A DNA stretch of 64,000 bases from Candidatus Multivoradales bacterium (GCA_965223325.1 CBDCWI010000001.1:288001-352000), one strand, 5' to 3'; shown: positions 29,951-42,386, numbered from the stretch's first letter. Notes: generated by a model not told the origin, from the sequence alone. A program made the numbers and translations.

Positions 29951-31348
29951 TTATCGGTTGACCGGGATGTGTTCGCGCGAGAAGTACTCGCGCGCCGCTT
30001 TCATCACCGCAGGAGCGAGCACCAGAGCGGCGATCAGATTGGGCACCGTCATCATCGCAAAGGCGGTGTCGATGATGTTGATCACCGTACTGGCGCTCCA
30101 CACGGCACCGAGAAACGTCCCGACAATGTAGATCCCGCCGTAGACAGTCTCGCGCCGGGCTCCGAACAGGTAGCCGAAACACTTTCGGCCGTAGTAGGAG
30201 TAGCCGACCATCGTCGACACCGCGAACAGGGTCACAATGATCGTGAGCAGAACCTGACCGGTGATGCCAAAGTTGGTGACGAAGGCTTCGTTGGTGAGCG
30301 CAACGCCTTCAATCTCGGCACCCTGCCAGTTCGCACCCGTCAAGACGACAATAGCGGTCAAGGTACAAACGACGATGGTGTCGAGGAAGGGGCCGAGCAT
30401 CGCAACCAGCCCCTCGCGAACCGGTTCGTTGGTGCGCGCGGCGCCGTGCGCTAGAGGCGCAGTGCCAATGCCGGCTTCGTTCGAGAACGCCGCGCGCTTG
30501 ACGCCAATCATGATGACCTGACTCACGGCGACCCCCTCGGCGCCGCCAATCGCCGCCCGACCGGTGAACGCCTCGCTGAGAATCTGCGCCAGCACCGCAC
30601 CCGCCGCGTCGATGTTCATCGCCACGATCACCAGCGCCGCAATCAGGTACACAAAGCACATCGACGGAACCAGGCGAGAGGTCAACCGGCCAATGCGTGC
30701 GACGCCGCCAAAGGCCACGGACGACACCAGAAGGGCACAGACCCCGCCGGTGATCCAGGCCGGCACGGACCACCCGTCGTAGAGAATCTCGGAGAGTTGA
30801 TTGGCCTGGAACATCGGCAGGCAACCGATGATGCCGAAGGCCGCGAACAGGTACGCCAGTGGTTTGAACCGGCGCCCCAGGCCCTCTTCGATGTAGTACA
30901 TCGGGCCACCCTGAAGCCGGCCGAGCGAGTCGTGGCCGCGAAACAGGACCGCCAGGGTGCAGGTGAAGAACTTGGTTCCCATCCCCACCAGTGCCGCGAC
31001 CCACATCCAGAAGACCGCCCCCGGGCCACCCTGTGAAATGGCCAATGCCACCCCACCGATATTGCCAACGCCGATCGTCGACGCGAGCGCCGTCGACAGC
31101 GCCTGGAAGTGGCTGATCTCCCCCGGGTCGTCGGGACTGTCGTAGTCACCGCGCAAAACGGCGAAGCCGTGTCCGATGCGCCGAAACGGCAGCAGCCGCG
31201 AGAACAGGGTGAAAAACACACCCGCACCGATCAACAAGAGGACCAGCTGCGGCCCCCAGGCCAGGTCGACAATGACCTGGGTCACTCGCTCGAAGCGCTC
31301 GGACAAGTCGCCGCCCGCGGCCACCGCGGCAGAAGTTGGGCTTTGCAT
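29951..31348 (-). CDS. Alanine/glycine:cation symporter (AGCS family)
   Basis: TIGVGNIGGVA, GGPGAVFWMW, GGPMYY, FSNEAGIG. Confidence 0.95.
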   Translation of the reverse strand: MQSPTSAAVAAGGDLSERFERVTQVIVDLAWGPQLVLLLIGAGVFFTLFSRLLPFRRIGHGFAVLRGDYDSPDDPGEISHFQALSTALASTIGVGNIGGVALAISQGGPGAVFWMWVAALVGMGTKFFTCTLAVLFRGHDSLGRLQGGPMYYIEEGLGRRFKPLAYLFAAFGIIGCLPMFQANQLSEILYDGWSVPAWITGGVCALLVSSVAFGGVARIGRLTSRLVPSMCFVYLIAALVIVAMNIDAAGAVLAQILSEAFTGRAAIGGAEGVAVSQVIMIGVKRAAFSNEAGIGTAPLAHGAARTNEPVREGLVAMLGPFLDTIVVCTLTAIVVLTGANWQGAEIEGVALTNEAFVTNFGITGQVLLTIIVTLFAVSTMVGYSYYGRKCFGYLFGARRETVYGGIYIVGTFLGAVWSASTVINIIDTAFAMMTVPNLIAALVLAPAVMKAAREYFSREHIPVNR

Positions 31349-31574
31349 GCCGCGCAACGTATCAGGCACCCGGGTAGGGACCCGGGTGGGCCTGGAACCT
31401 CGGAACGAACCTGGAACTTCCCCCCTACCGTGCGTGGTTGCTGAATCTTAGCATTGAAGACTCAGACCTAGCGAGAGGTCCAATAGAAAGCTCATCCAGC
31501 AGGGTTTTCAGTCACTTGCCAGTCGTGCTCGGAGCGACCTGCGTGGTCGTTGCTCAGATCATGCGGTCCGGTGC

Positions 31575-31604
31575 TTGACATCCGTCGATCCGTTTCAATA
31601 GATT
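31575..31604 (+). promoter_or_regulatory. Sigma70-type promoter of groESL
   Basis: TTGACA-N18-TAGATT immediately upstream of the CIRCE. Confidence 0.65.
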
Positions 31605-31605
31605 G

Positions 31606-31632
31606 TTAGCACTCTCTGGCGAGGACTGCTAA
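31606..31632 (+). promoter_or_regulatory. CIRCE element (HrcA operator)
   Basis: TTAGCACTC-N9-GACTGCTAA, one mismatch to the consensus TTAGCACTC-N9-GAGTGCTAA, upstream of groES. Confidence 0.92.
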
Positions 31633-31900
31633 TCAGGACTCGGGACGGCAGTCAGACAGGCCGCCTGCCCCTCCACAAACAGCCTCGCCGCGGTCGCGGC
31701 CTCTCGGCCGTCCAGCCCGCAACAAGCGTCAGCAGCACGACCGTCGCCCATCGATCTTCTGGTGCGCAGCGGCTGGCTTGCGAAACGCGACCTTGGGGGC
31801 ACATCACACAGCACGGCACTGCCTTCGCCCAAAGACGGTAGGGCCTTCTTCTCAACCCAGATAGACACAAACGTTCACCATCACACAGGAGTAGTGACAA

Positions 31901-32200
31901 GTGGCAAAGAAACCAAACGTCCGTCCCCTTCAGGACCGTGTCCTCGTCAAGCGCCTCGAGGCCGACGAGCAGGTACGCGGCGGCATCATCATTCCCGACT
32001 CGGCCAAAGAGAAGCCACAGGAAGCGGAAGTCATCGCGACCGGCCCCGGCAAACTGCAGGAGAACGGTGAGCGCGCCGCGCTCGACGTCTCGAGCGGTGA
32101 CCGCATTCTCATCGGAAAGTACTCGGGCACCGACATCAAGATCGATGACGAGGACTACATCATCCTGCGCGAGGACGAGATCCTCGCCGTCCTGGGCTGA
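31901..32200 (+). CDS. groES: Co-chaperonin GroES
   Basis: [22 protein letters not shown]; AGGAG RBS. Confidence 0.98.
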   Translation: MAKKPNVRPLQDRVLVKRLEADEQVRGGIIIPDSAKEKPQEAEVIATGPGKLQENGERAALDVSSGDRILIGKYSGTDIKIDDEDYIILREDEILAVLG

Positions 32201-32263
32201 TTCGCCTCAGGCGAATCGTCGACCCAAAGCACTGACTTCCTAAACCAGACCATCAGGAGATAA

Positions 32264-33931
<1,668 letters not shown>

Positions 33932-33990
33932 TGGGCGACCCTTCGGGTTGCTCGCAGCTTCGGTAGCCGAAAGCTGCTTGTTGTGCCTCG

Positions 33991-34021
33991 AGAAAGGGCG
34001 GTCCTTCGGGCCGCCCTTTCT
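33991..34021. terminator. Intrinsic terminator after groEL
   Basis: AGAAAGGGCGGTCC-TTCG-GGCCGCCCTTTCT hairpin. Confidence 0.8.
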
Positions 34022-34093
34022 GCTTCGAGGCCTCTACCTGACGACTGGCGGCGATCGGTGAGCCCTCTGGTTCGGAAACCCACAGGGCTGCAC

Positions 34094-34260
34094 ATGAGGA
34101 TCGTCCGTTGGAACCGGGTGATGACCCTCGCTCTTGTGGCCAGCCCCGCGCTGGTTGCCAGCAGTGTTGTGCTCCCCGGCATGTTGGGCGCACAGGCCCA
34201 GCCTGGAGCGCGGCAGCCTCAGGCGCAGATTGCGGGAGGCCGCCCAACATCGTGATCATC
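34094..34260 (+). pseudogene. 5' stub of a secreted, probably sulfatase-like gene
   Basis: Signal-peptide-like MRIVRWNRVMTLALVASPALVASS..., then after a frameshift RPPNIVII (typical start of a sulfatase domain). No DD or catalytic motif follows. Confidence 0.5.
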
Positions 34261-34375
34261 CCGATCTATATCGAAAAGACCCTGCGTGCGGGGTCTTGAC
34301 GCTCCCAACGACGAGTACATCTACGGGTACGACTAGAGACGCGCCAGCTGGTCCGGGATCGGGAGCACGGCCTTG

Positions 34376-36530
34376 CTAGAACCGAGTTCCGACGGAGACG
34401 CCCACCGTCCTGGGGCGGATCAGCCCCATTGCGAACGCCCCGTTGGGAAGCGACCCCCCCGTGTCAATCGATGTGAACCCCGTCTCGTCGGTCAGGTTCT
34501 TGCCGTAGAGCTCGAGGTGGTGCCGGCCGATGTAGAGGCCCGTGCGCACGCTCAACGTCGTATGGCTATCGAGCTCTCGCAGGTTGCCGCTCGGGTCTCG
34601 GTTGTCGAAGGAAGCTGTACGTTCGCCGACGTAGCCGAGGCCGCCACCGACGTAGGCCGTCGCATCACCGAAGGCGGTCCATTCGAATTGGGTGTTGAAT
34701 CCCAAGCCCCACTCTGGGACGTAAGGCAGTGGGTCGCCGTTGAGGCCACCGACGATGGGATCCGTGGCTCTGGTCAGACTGGCGTCCGTGTAGGCACCGT
34801 TGAGAGACATCGTCCAACCGGTGGCCGGGCGAACGCTGGTCGTGAACTCGAAGCCCTTGCTCTCAGCCGTGCCGCCGTTGCCGTTGATGCCGAAGCCGTT
34901 GACGACCAGGAACAGCTGAATGTCTTCCCAATCGAGAAGGAACGCGCTGAGGTCGAGCGAGTACTTTCCGCTCGCACCGCTCTTGCGATATCCGACTTCG
35001 TAGCTCGTGAGCTCATCTGAGTCGTAGGTCGCTGGAGTGTCGGCTGGCGCGCCCGGGGGAAGCACATTCGGGCCGCCCGGGCGGAAGCCGGTCGCGATAC
35101 GCGCGTAGAGCGATGAATTGTCCTTCAATTCGAAGCGCGGCGAGATGGAGTAGGTGAACGGGGTCTCCGAGGACGTCGCATCGTCGAAGCGAGTGAGTCC
35201 GCCAGCCAGGGGGCCATCGCTCAGCTGCGAGGCAACTTGTTCGTTGTCGCTCGCCCGTGCCCCGAATGACAACTCGAAGTGGGGGCTGACATGCCACGTG
35301 GCGTTGGCGAAGAGCGCCAGCTCTTCGTAGGTCGAGACGAGCGAGGCGAATGCCAGTGCCGGAATTCCCGAAGCCGGGTTCTCGGTCCCGGCGTCGACTG
35401 CGAGGATGTTCTGTTGGATGCCCGAGTCTTCGTCTGTGTAGTACAAGCCGATGAGCCACTCGAAGGCGTCGCCATCACTGGATGTGAGGCGAAACTCCTG
35501 TGTGATCTTTTCGGTGTCGGTCACCTGGGGCAGGATCGTGCTCAGGGGACGCGTCGCCGGGTCTCCGAACAAGAACGTGACCAGCGACGATAGCGGTGGC
35601 CCGCCCGTGAGGTCGGTCGCCAGTGCCAGATCGACCTGGAAGTCCTGGACGAAACTGCTGTAGCTGGAGATGGACTCGAAGCTGGCGGCGCCGAACTCCC
35701 AATCGACTGAGGCGCTGTACACCTCGTACTCGATGTCGGTGACCTCGGGGTGGTAGCGGCTCTGCACCGGGCGGCCGGGGAGTGGCTCGAGGGTGATCGG
35801 GTCGGCCTCGATGAGGGACGAGCCGTCGCTGTTGATGTTCTGGACCTGAGCTTTGAGATACACGGCGACGCGGTCTGAGGGCTGGATGAGGGCCCCCAGG
35901 CGCCCGCCGAAGGTATCGGTGGCGTTGAGCCCGCTGTCGACCCGGCTGCCGTCGACGATGTTGTTCAGTGGGTCGGTCAGGCTCGGGATGGGATTCGCCC
36001 CGGTTGAGTCGATGTAGCCGTCATCGGAGCGATAGAACCCGGTGAGGCGAAAGGCGAAGTTGTCGTTGATCGGCACATTCACGAGCCCGGTCAAGGAGTA
36101 GCCGAGGTCTCCGTTCTCCGTGTCCTCAACAGAGCCCAGTAGACGTCCTTCGGGGGCACCGGTAGAGGCGCGGTTCTGGACGTACTTGAGCACGCCGCCC
36201 AGGGAGCTCGCACCGTATAGCGTGCCTTGTGGGCCGCGTAGAACCTCGATCCGCTCAACATCGAAAGTGTCGAAGTCGCCGGAAAGGATCGAGCCGTTGG
36301 CCAAGCCGCTGCTCGAGCCGAAGGGAACGTCATCGACGTAGACGCCGACCGTTGAAGCTACGCCTCCGGTGTTGATGCCACGCAAGGTGATTCGAGTGAC
36401 GCCAGCGGTGGAGGAGGTGGTGCTGAAGCCAGGCACCATCTCGACGAGGTCGGAGAAGTTCTCGACGCGTTGCTCTTCGAGCGCGTCCCCTGAGAGCACC
36501 GTGATCGAGATCGGAATCTCGGCGATCGCA
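34376..36530 (-). pseudogene. TonB-dependent receptor lacking its N-terminus
   Basis: EIPISITVL, VERIEVLRGPQGTLYGASSLGG plug motif and a barrel ending GTRF. There is no signal peptide or TonB box; upstream in-frame sequence belongs to another gene. Confidence 0.8.
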
Positions 36531-37769
36531 GAAGGCGTAGGTCCCGGCGTACTTGCTGGCTCTCTCCTCGAATCCTTCTGGTGGGATCGGCGGTTCCTCG
36601 TCGCGCGGGAAAAACTCGTCATAGAGAGCCGCGACCAGGGACGATCGCACCGTGCCACCGCTCGGGCCACCAAACGAGACGAAGAAAACCAGGCGGTTCT
36701 CCTGGTCGATCCCGAGATCGGAGTGGAACCACTGCGTATCGCCGCCATGCCCCACTACTCGATGCCCGTTGAAGTCGCTCTCGTAGAAGCCGAGCGCCAT
36801 GCCCATCAAGCGATCGTCGTGCGTGAACTGGCGAGTCAGCATCTGGTCGACCGTCGCCTGCTCGAGTATCCGGGTTCCTTCGAGCTCGCCTCCGTTGAGG
36901 ATGGCCTGGGCGAAGCGAACCATGTCCGTTGCGGTTGCCGACTGCGCTCCTGCGGGAGCGAAATTGGCGACTATCTCGAACGGCTTCTCGACAAATCCGC
37001 CGAGCTCGGGAGAATAGCCGACTGCCATTCGAGCATCGAGGTGCTCGGGCAACGGCTCGACGAAGCTCGAGCTAAGCATCTGTAGAGGGTCGAAGATCTT
37101 CTGCTGGATGTAGTCGGCGAAGGGCAGGCCTGAGACGTTCTCGACGATCAGTCCAGCCAGCGCCGTGGCGTAGTTCGAGTAGGCGGTCTGAACTCCCGGT
37201 GGGTTGACCCTCGCCGGCTGGTAGCGCTCCATCGCCTCGGCAAGGGGAATCGCTTTGGCAGGGTCCTCGATGATCAAGTAGCCGAGACCCCCGTCTTCGA
37301 AACCAGGTGTATGGGTCATGATGTGCCGCAGCGTGATGGGATCGCTGAAGGTCTCTCGAATTGAGAAGGACTCGAGGTAGGTGTTGACGTCTACATCGAG
37401 ATCGAGCCTGCCCTGCTCGACCAGCTGCATCACCGCGACCCAGGTAAAGAGCTTCGAGACGGAGCCAGGTCGGAAGAGGGTGCGGTAGGCGTCGACCGGT
37501 GTTCGCTCCGATATGTCCTCGTAGCCGTAGCCCTTCGCCAACAGCAGCTCGCCGTTGCGCATGATGGCTACGGTGCCTGACGGACTGCTGTTGTTCTTCA
37601 TCAACGGCTGTACGACACCGTCGACGAAGGCTTCGACCGCAGCCGCGTCATCTAGGCCCCCGCGTGTTTCCGCGGGAACAGCGTTATCCACACTTGCGGT
37701 CGTCGCCCTCGCCAACGTCGCGACAGCCAGCATGCACACACCGAGGACAAACCGACGAGTTCGGTTCAT
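36531..37769 (-). pseudogene. Beta-lactamase-like serine hydrolase, C-terminally truncated
   Basis: Signal peptide, SVSK (SxxK), YSN, HGG. After KYAGTYAF the frame runs out of phase into the TonB receptor sequence and stops at 36330. Confidence 0.75.
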
Positions 37770-37911
37770 GCCGCAAGCCCCCCTTGGTTCTGTTCTTCGC
37801 TAGCGTACAGGAACGCACGGGTCTGCGCGAGTCAGGAGACGGCGGTGAGCGCGCGATAGCGCACTCGATTCGTTTTGTATCGACCGCCGCAGTCGTGGGT
37901 GTCCCCGAGGC

Positions 37912-38047
37912 CGCGGCCACCGGTCAGATGGAGAACCTGGTGAAGGCGGGCGTCATCGACCCGGCCAAGGTCACCAAGACCGCCATAGAGAAAGCCGGCT
38001 CGATCGCTTTGCCTGTGCTGACAACCGAGGCAACTCGGAGATCGAGG
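37912..38047 (+). repeat. Decayed duplicate of the groEL 3' region (att-like direct repeat)
   Basis: 37912-37986 matches groEL 33715-33789 at 74/75 nt. Degraded similarity with a 4-nt deletion continues to ~38047 (groEL ~33854). Confidence 0.95.
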
Positions 38048-38072
38048 GCGACCCTCCTGGGTCGCCCCTTTT
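38046..38072. terminator. Intrinsic terminator hairpin
   Basis: GGGCGACCC-TCCT-GGGTCGCCC followed by CTTTT; resembles the GGGCGACCCTTCGGGTTGCTC hairpin directly after the groEL stop. Confidence 0.75.
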
Positions 38073-38088
38073 CGTTGCCGGCTGCGGT

Positions 38089-39516
38089 CTACAAGTCGAC
38101 TCTGAAGCTCAGCCCCCCCTTGGTCGAACCAAGCTCGATCGTTCCGCGGTGAAGCTCCACGATCGCCTTGACGAGGCTGAGCCCGAGACCGTGCCCAGGG
38201 GAATTGCGATGACTCTCGAGGCGGTAGAAGCGATCGAAGATCTTCTCGCGCTCGGCTTCCGGGATTCCAGGACCGCTGTCCTCGACGAGCAATCGTACGC
38301 CTTCTTCTCGAGATTGCAGGGCAATGAGCACGCGCCCCCCTCGTGGGGTGTACTTGATCGCGTTCTCGACGATGTTCGCGACCGCCTGAAAGAGTAGGTG
38401 CTTGTCACCCTGGACCGCGAGATCCGGCGCGACTCTCTTGGAAGTAGCAACGCCTTTCTCGGCAGCGAGCGGCTCGTAGAGCTCCGCCACGTCTTCGACG
38501 ATCAAAGAAAGGGACACCTCCTGGAACGCCCGCTCGACACTGCCGGACTCGATGCCTGAGATCCTGAGCAACGCATCGAAGATGCGCAGCATGGCGTTCG
38601 AATCCTCGAGGATCAGCTCCACTGCCTGCTCCACCTCCTGCCCGCTGTCTGCCCTGTCGCGCAGTGCCTCCAGGCGAGTCTGCATCCGTGTCAACGGTGT
38701 TCGCAGGTCATGGGCGATGTCATTCGTAACCTGCCGGCTCGATTCGAGCAACTCCGCGATCCGGTCGAGCATCGCGTTCAGGTTCAGAGCGAGACGGTCG
38801 AACTCGTCACCTGACCCATCGGTAGGGATCCGCAGTGTGAGGTCTCCTTCGCGAATGTCTCTGCTGAGCGCGTTGAGACCCTCGAGTTTGCTACCTACGA
38901 TCCGGGTCAGAACGATCGCCCCGAGCAGACCCAGTATCGACATGAGCGCTGCCGACGCGACGAGCGTTCCACGCACGAACTCTCGAATCTCCTCCATCTC
39001 GGGTGCCATCAAGACGATCATCAAGCTCCACCCCTGGGATAGCTCTTCGATCAGGAACACTGCGTCGTCGACTTCGCCCGGTCCAGGCGAGCGCCCCCCG
39101 GGCCTCTGCCGGCGGTCGAACTGCCGCGGAAAGTCGATGACAATCCTCCCCCGCGCCGCGACCGCGCTTTGCGGAAACTCCGCACGGAGCATGCTCTCGG
39201 GTAAGCGACTCGGCGCACCAGCAATCGGCTCGTGGTTCTCGTCGAAGAGCACGTAGATATCTCGCGAGCGCGGGTCCAGCCGCGCGCGCTCGTTGATCTC
39301 CTCGATCAGCGCCTCGGACCCGAGCTCCTGGTAGAAGCTCGTCACATCGAGCATCAAAGCCTCAACGAAGGAGCGAGCCTGGTCTTCGAGGTAGTCCTCG
39401 ACAATCACGCGGACCAAGAGCCCGATCGCCAGTGTGGAGACGACGAAGATCGCCATGAAGGTCAGAGCGATCCGGAACGAAGTGCTGCGAAGAGCCCTAC
39501 GGAGAGCGGAGTACAT
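38089..39516 (-). CDS. HAMP-domain sensor histidine kinase
   Basis: Two TMs, HAMP, IAHDLRTPL, NAIKY, DSGPG, GHGLGL. Confidence 0.93.
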   Translation of the reverse strand: MYSALRRALRSTSFRIALTFMAIFVVSTLAIGLLVRVIVEDYLEDQARSFVEALMLDVTSFYQELGSEALIEEINERARLDPRSRDIYVLFDENHEPIAGAPSRLPESMLRAEFPQSAVAARGRIVIDFPRQFDRRQRPGGRSPGPGEVDDAVFLIEELSQGWSLMIVLMAPEMEEIREFVRGTLVASAALMSILGLLGAIVLTRIVGSKLEGLNALSRDIREGDLTLRIPTDGSGDEFDRLALNLNAMLDRIAELLESSRQVTNDIAHDLRTPLTRMQTRLEALRDRADSGQEVEQAVELILEDSNAMLRIFDALLRISGIESGSVERAFQEVSLSLIVEDVAELYEPLAAEKGVATSKRVAPDLAVQGDKHLLFQAVANIVENAIKYTPRGGRVLIALQSREEGVRLLVEDSGPGIPEAEREKIFDRFYRLESHRNSPGHGLGLSLVKAIVELHRGTIELGSTKGGLSFRVDL

Positions 39517-40174
39517 ACCCGGCACCGCGCACTGTATGGATGAGCGGCGCATCGAAGCCGCGATCAATCTTCTTTCTCAGCTGGCTGATGTGTTGATCGA
39601 TCACATTGGTCGTCGGGTCGAAGTGGTAACCCCAGACGCGCTCGAGCAACATAGTGCGCGTGACGACCTGGCCCGGGTGACGCATCAGGTACTCGAGAAG
39701 CTGGTACTCCCGTGGCTTGAGCGGAATCCTCTTCTCGCCGCGCTCGGCCTCGCGACTGAGGAGATCGAGACGCAGGTCGCCGACCTTCAGCTCGACCGCC
39801 TCGCCGGTCGCCGGAGCGGCTCTCCTGGCAAGCACATGAACTCGCGCTGACAGTTCAGAGAATGCGAAGGGCTTGACGAGATAGTCATCCGCGCCACTGG
39901 ATAGGCCCGTGACGCGCTCTGCGACGTCTGCCAGCGCGCTGAGGATGAGAACGGGCGTGTGGTCATTGGAGGCTCGCAGAGCCCGCACCACACTGAGGCC
40001 GTCGACACCGGGCAGCATGCGGTCGACGATGAGGACGTCCCACGACTTCGACATCGCGAGGTAGAGACCCGCATCGCCGTCTGAGGCGACCTCGACTGAG
40101 TGGCTTTCCTGACGGAGGCCGCGGGCGACGAAGTCGGCCACGACCTCGTCGTCTTCGATGACCAGAATGTTCAT
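39497..40174 (-). CDS. OmpR-family response regulator (CusR/CopR-like)
   Basis: IEDD, DRMLP, GADDYLVKPF, winged helix HTVRGAGY. Confidence 0.95.
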   Translation of the reverse strand: MNILVIEDDEVVADFVARGLRQESHSVEVASDGDAGLYLAMSKSWDVLIVDRMLPGVDGLSVVRALRASNDHTPVLILSALADVAERVTGLSSGADDYLVKPFAFSELSARVHVLARRAAPATGEAVELKVGDLRLDLLSREAERGEKRIPLKPREYQLLEYLMRHPGQVVTRTMLLERVWGYHFDPTTNVIDQHISQLRKKIDRGFDAPLIHTVRGAGYVLRSP

Positions 40175-40298
40175 GACGAGGCTTGGTCCGGTCGAACGAG
40201 AGGAGAATCGAGTCCTGGAAGGACCTGCTTGACAAGAAGCGTACTCGACAGCTCACCGAGGGCGCCGCATCCTCGGTCGCCCGGGACCGAGGCCAGCA

Positions 40299-42386
40299 TC
40301 AGAACACCCAGGACAGTTTGGCAAAGAGAGTATCGCCCTGGTCCGACGCTTCGCCCCTTTCGGAAGTTCCGGTCTGATAGGCCACCTGAAGGGAACCGAA
40401 GGGCGGCATGAAGCGCCACACCCATAGCCCCTGGACGTTGACCTTGTCGATCACTTCGTTGGTCTGCACGAAGAGCTTGAAGAAGTTGTCGGGGTTCAGG
40501 AAGTAGCTGGACTCGAGGACGTGAATCCAGGTGGTCTCGCTCTCCGGATCGGGGTCGAGCTCGAGCCTGGTCACCTCGTAGGCGAGGCCGAATCGATCGT
40601 TGAAGCTCCACTCGAGCTCGAGGCCGTACAAGCTGAGGTCACTGTCGAAGTTCTCGCCCTTGCCAAAGGAGCCGAAGAGCGCACGACCTTTGCGACTATC
40701 CCAACCAACCTTTGCCTCGACCCGCTCGTTACGGAACTCCTTCTCGAACAGCTCGAAACCGTCCGTGTACTCGAGCTCCAGCTCCCACTGGTTGCGGAGA
40801 ACCATCTCCACTTCCGCCTGCGCCTCCCAGCCTCGCAGTACGTCCTTCTGGCTGGTGTAGCGCTCGTAGTCGGCGGTGGCTTCGATCTTCTCAATCGCGC
40901 CACTCTCGACCCAGAAGGTGCGCCTCCACCGCATGTCCCACTCGCGCCGATCATCGTCACGCAAGAAGCCAATCGCATTGATGTCCCTCCGGATCCCTTC
41001 GTCGAGGCTGGTGTAGCCGATGTGAAAGTGCGTCGTGTTGCTGTCATAGGCCGGGCGGACGAACCAGGCGAGGCCACCGTCACCCTTACCGTGGATCTCG
41101 GTCAGTTGAGCAGTCAGCCCCAGAGTGTCGGTGAAGAACAAGGTGGTGTCGAGACCGACAGATCCCTGCTCTTCGCCCTCGAGCCTCCGGCTGGCGGCGA
41201 GTAGCCCCAGGCTCGAACCTCGCGGCAGACTCTGCTGAACCCGCACAACCCCATAGTCGGCGCGGTCCACCCCGGTTCCGGGGTCATCCGAGGCCCGGTC
41301 TTCCGAAGTAACGAGTGCCGAATAGCTGGTTTTGCCGACTGTGCCGATGGCTTTGGCACCCCAGGTGATGTCACCGATGCGACGGCTGTTGAACTGGCGG
41401 ATTCGTTGATCGTAGGTCTCGCTTCCCTCGAGGAAGAACGTTCGTTTCTCCGGCACGCGAAGCTCGAACCGGGAGAGGTTGATCACCTCGACATCCGCCT
41501 CGATGAGGGCGAAGTCTGGGTTGATCGTGAGCTCCAGGCCGAGGGAGCTCGAGGGCTTGTACCTGAGATCTCCGCCCACCTCGACGTCACCGTTGCCATC
41601 CTCGTCGAGCACCGAAAGAGCGTACGGAATCAGCTGCCACTTCTTGCCCGCGGACTGCTCGAGCTCGAGGCCCTCGAGGACGCCGAAGTTCGAGACTCGA
41701 AAACGGTTCTCGGCAGGCGCCGGCCACACGGCGGTCTCGAGCCGAGCTGGGACCGTGCGCAAGAAGCTGACCCCCCAACGCTGGTCCTGCCCGGGCTGGA
41801 ACCTCAGCGCCTCGAAGGGGATCTCGACCTCGACGATGTAGCGGTCGCCCAGGCGCTGGGCGGCGCTTCTCCAGGCCACGTCCCAGGTGAGATCGACATT
41901 GCGACCGTTCTCGGCAATGCGCCCGTCCAACTGCGTCGCGAGAGCATTGACTTGAAACAGGTAGGCAGAGCGCCTGTCGAGAAAGGTGTCGAGCATGACG
42001 GCCACTGAGTCGTCGCTGCCGAGTTCGCCGTCGCGAGTCGTTACCGCGGCGGCAAAGGGGTACGCGTCTGCGGTGTAGGCGACAAACGCCACGTAGAGTG
42101 CCGACTCTGTCTGCGCGAGATGGATCGTCGTACGCAGAGGGGAGGGCTGGCCTTTCTCGGGGTCGAACTGGACCAAAGGCTGGTCCAGAACTGGGTCGGG
42201 CCACTCGCCTTCGGCGATCACACCGTCGATGCCAGGCGCACCGCCAACAGACGCGATCGCAAGCCCTGGCCGCTCCTGGGCGCCAGCTGTGGGCGCGAGA
42301 AGAACCAAAAGGAGGACGGCGACGACTGCCTGCTGAGCTCTGGCTGGGCGTCGGCTGTTGGAGAAGAAGGCAGAAAGCAGAGACAT
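40299..42386 (-). CDS. CBM9-like / DUF5916 outer-membrane protein
   Basis: Signal peptide, IDG..EGEW, DDSVAVMLDTF, EIPF..LRF, TINPDF..E.D, PEKRTFFLEG, C-terminal WVF. Confidence 0.85.
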   Translation of the reverse strand: MSLLSAFFSNSRRPARAQQAVVAVLLLVLLAPTAGAQERPGLAIASVGGAPGIDGVIAEGEWPDPVLDQPLVQFDPEKGQPSPLRTTIHLAQTESALYVAFVAYTADAYPFAAAVTTRDGELGSDDSVAVMLDTFLDRRSAYLFQVNALATQLDGRIAENGRNVDLTWDVAWRSAAQRLGDRYIVEVEIPFEALRFQPGQDQRWGVSFLRTVPARLETAVWPAPAENRFRVSNFGVLEGLELEQSAGKKWQLIPYALSVLDEDGNGDVEVGGDLRYKPSSSLGLELTINPDFALIEADVEVINLSRFELRVPEKRTFFLEGSETYDQRIRQFNSRRIGDITWGAKAIGTVGKTSYSALVTSEDRASDDPGTGVDRADYGVVRVQQSLPRGSSLGLLAASRRLEGEEQGSVGLDTTLFFTDTLGLTAQLTEIHGKGDGGLAWFVRPAYDSNTTHFHIGYTSLDEGIRRDINAIGFLRDDDRREWDMRWRRTFWVESGAIEKIEATADYERYTSQKDVLRGWEAQAEVEMVLRNQWELELEYTDGFELFEKEFRNERVEAKVGWDSRKGRALFGSFGKGENFDSDLSLYGLELEWSFNDRFGLAYEVTRLELDPDPESETTWIHVLESSYFLNPDNFFKLFVQTNEVIDKVNVQGLWVWRFMPPFGSLQVAYQTGTSERGEASDQGDTLFAKLSWVF

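Noticed and set aside
31349-31560. Glycine riboswitch expected upstream of the AGCS symporter
   Set aside because: No GGAGA / CCGAAG / CTCTCAGG core motifs were found on the minus strand.
37664-38152. 162-aa ORF containing a GroEL peptide
   Set aside because: Only about 40 codons are GroEL-derived and the rest overlaps other genes in antisense. I treat it as a repeat remnant, not a gene.
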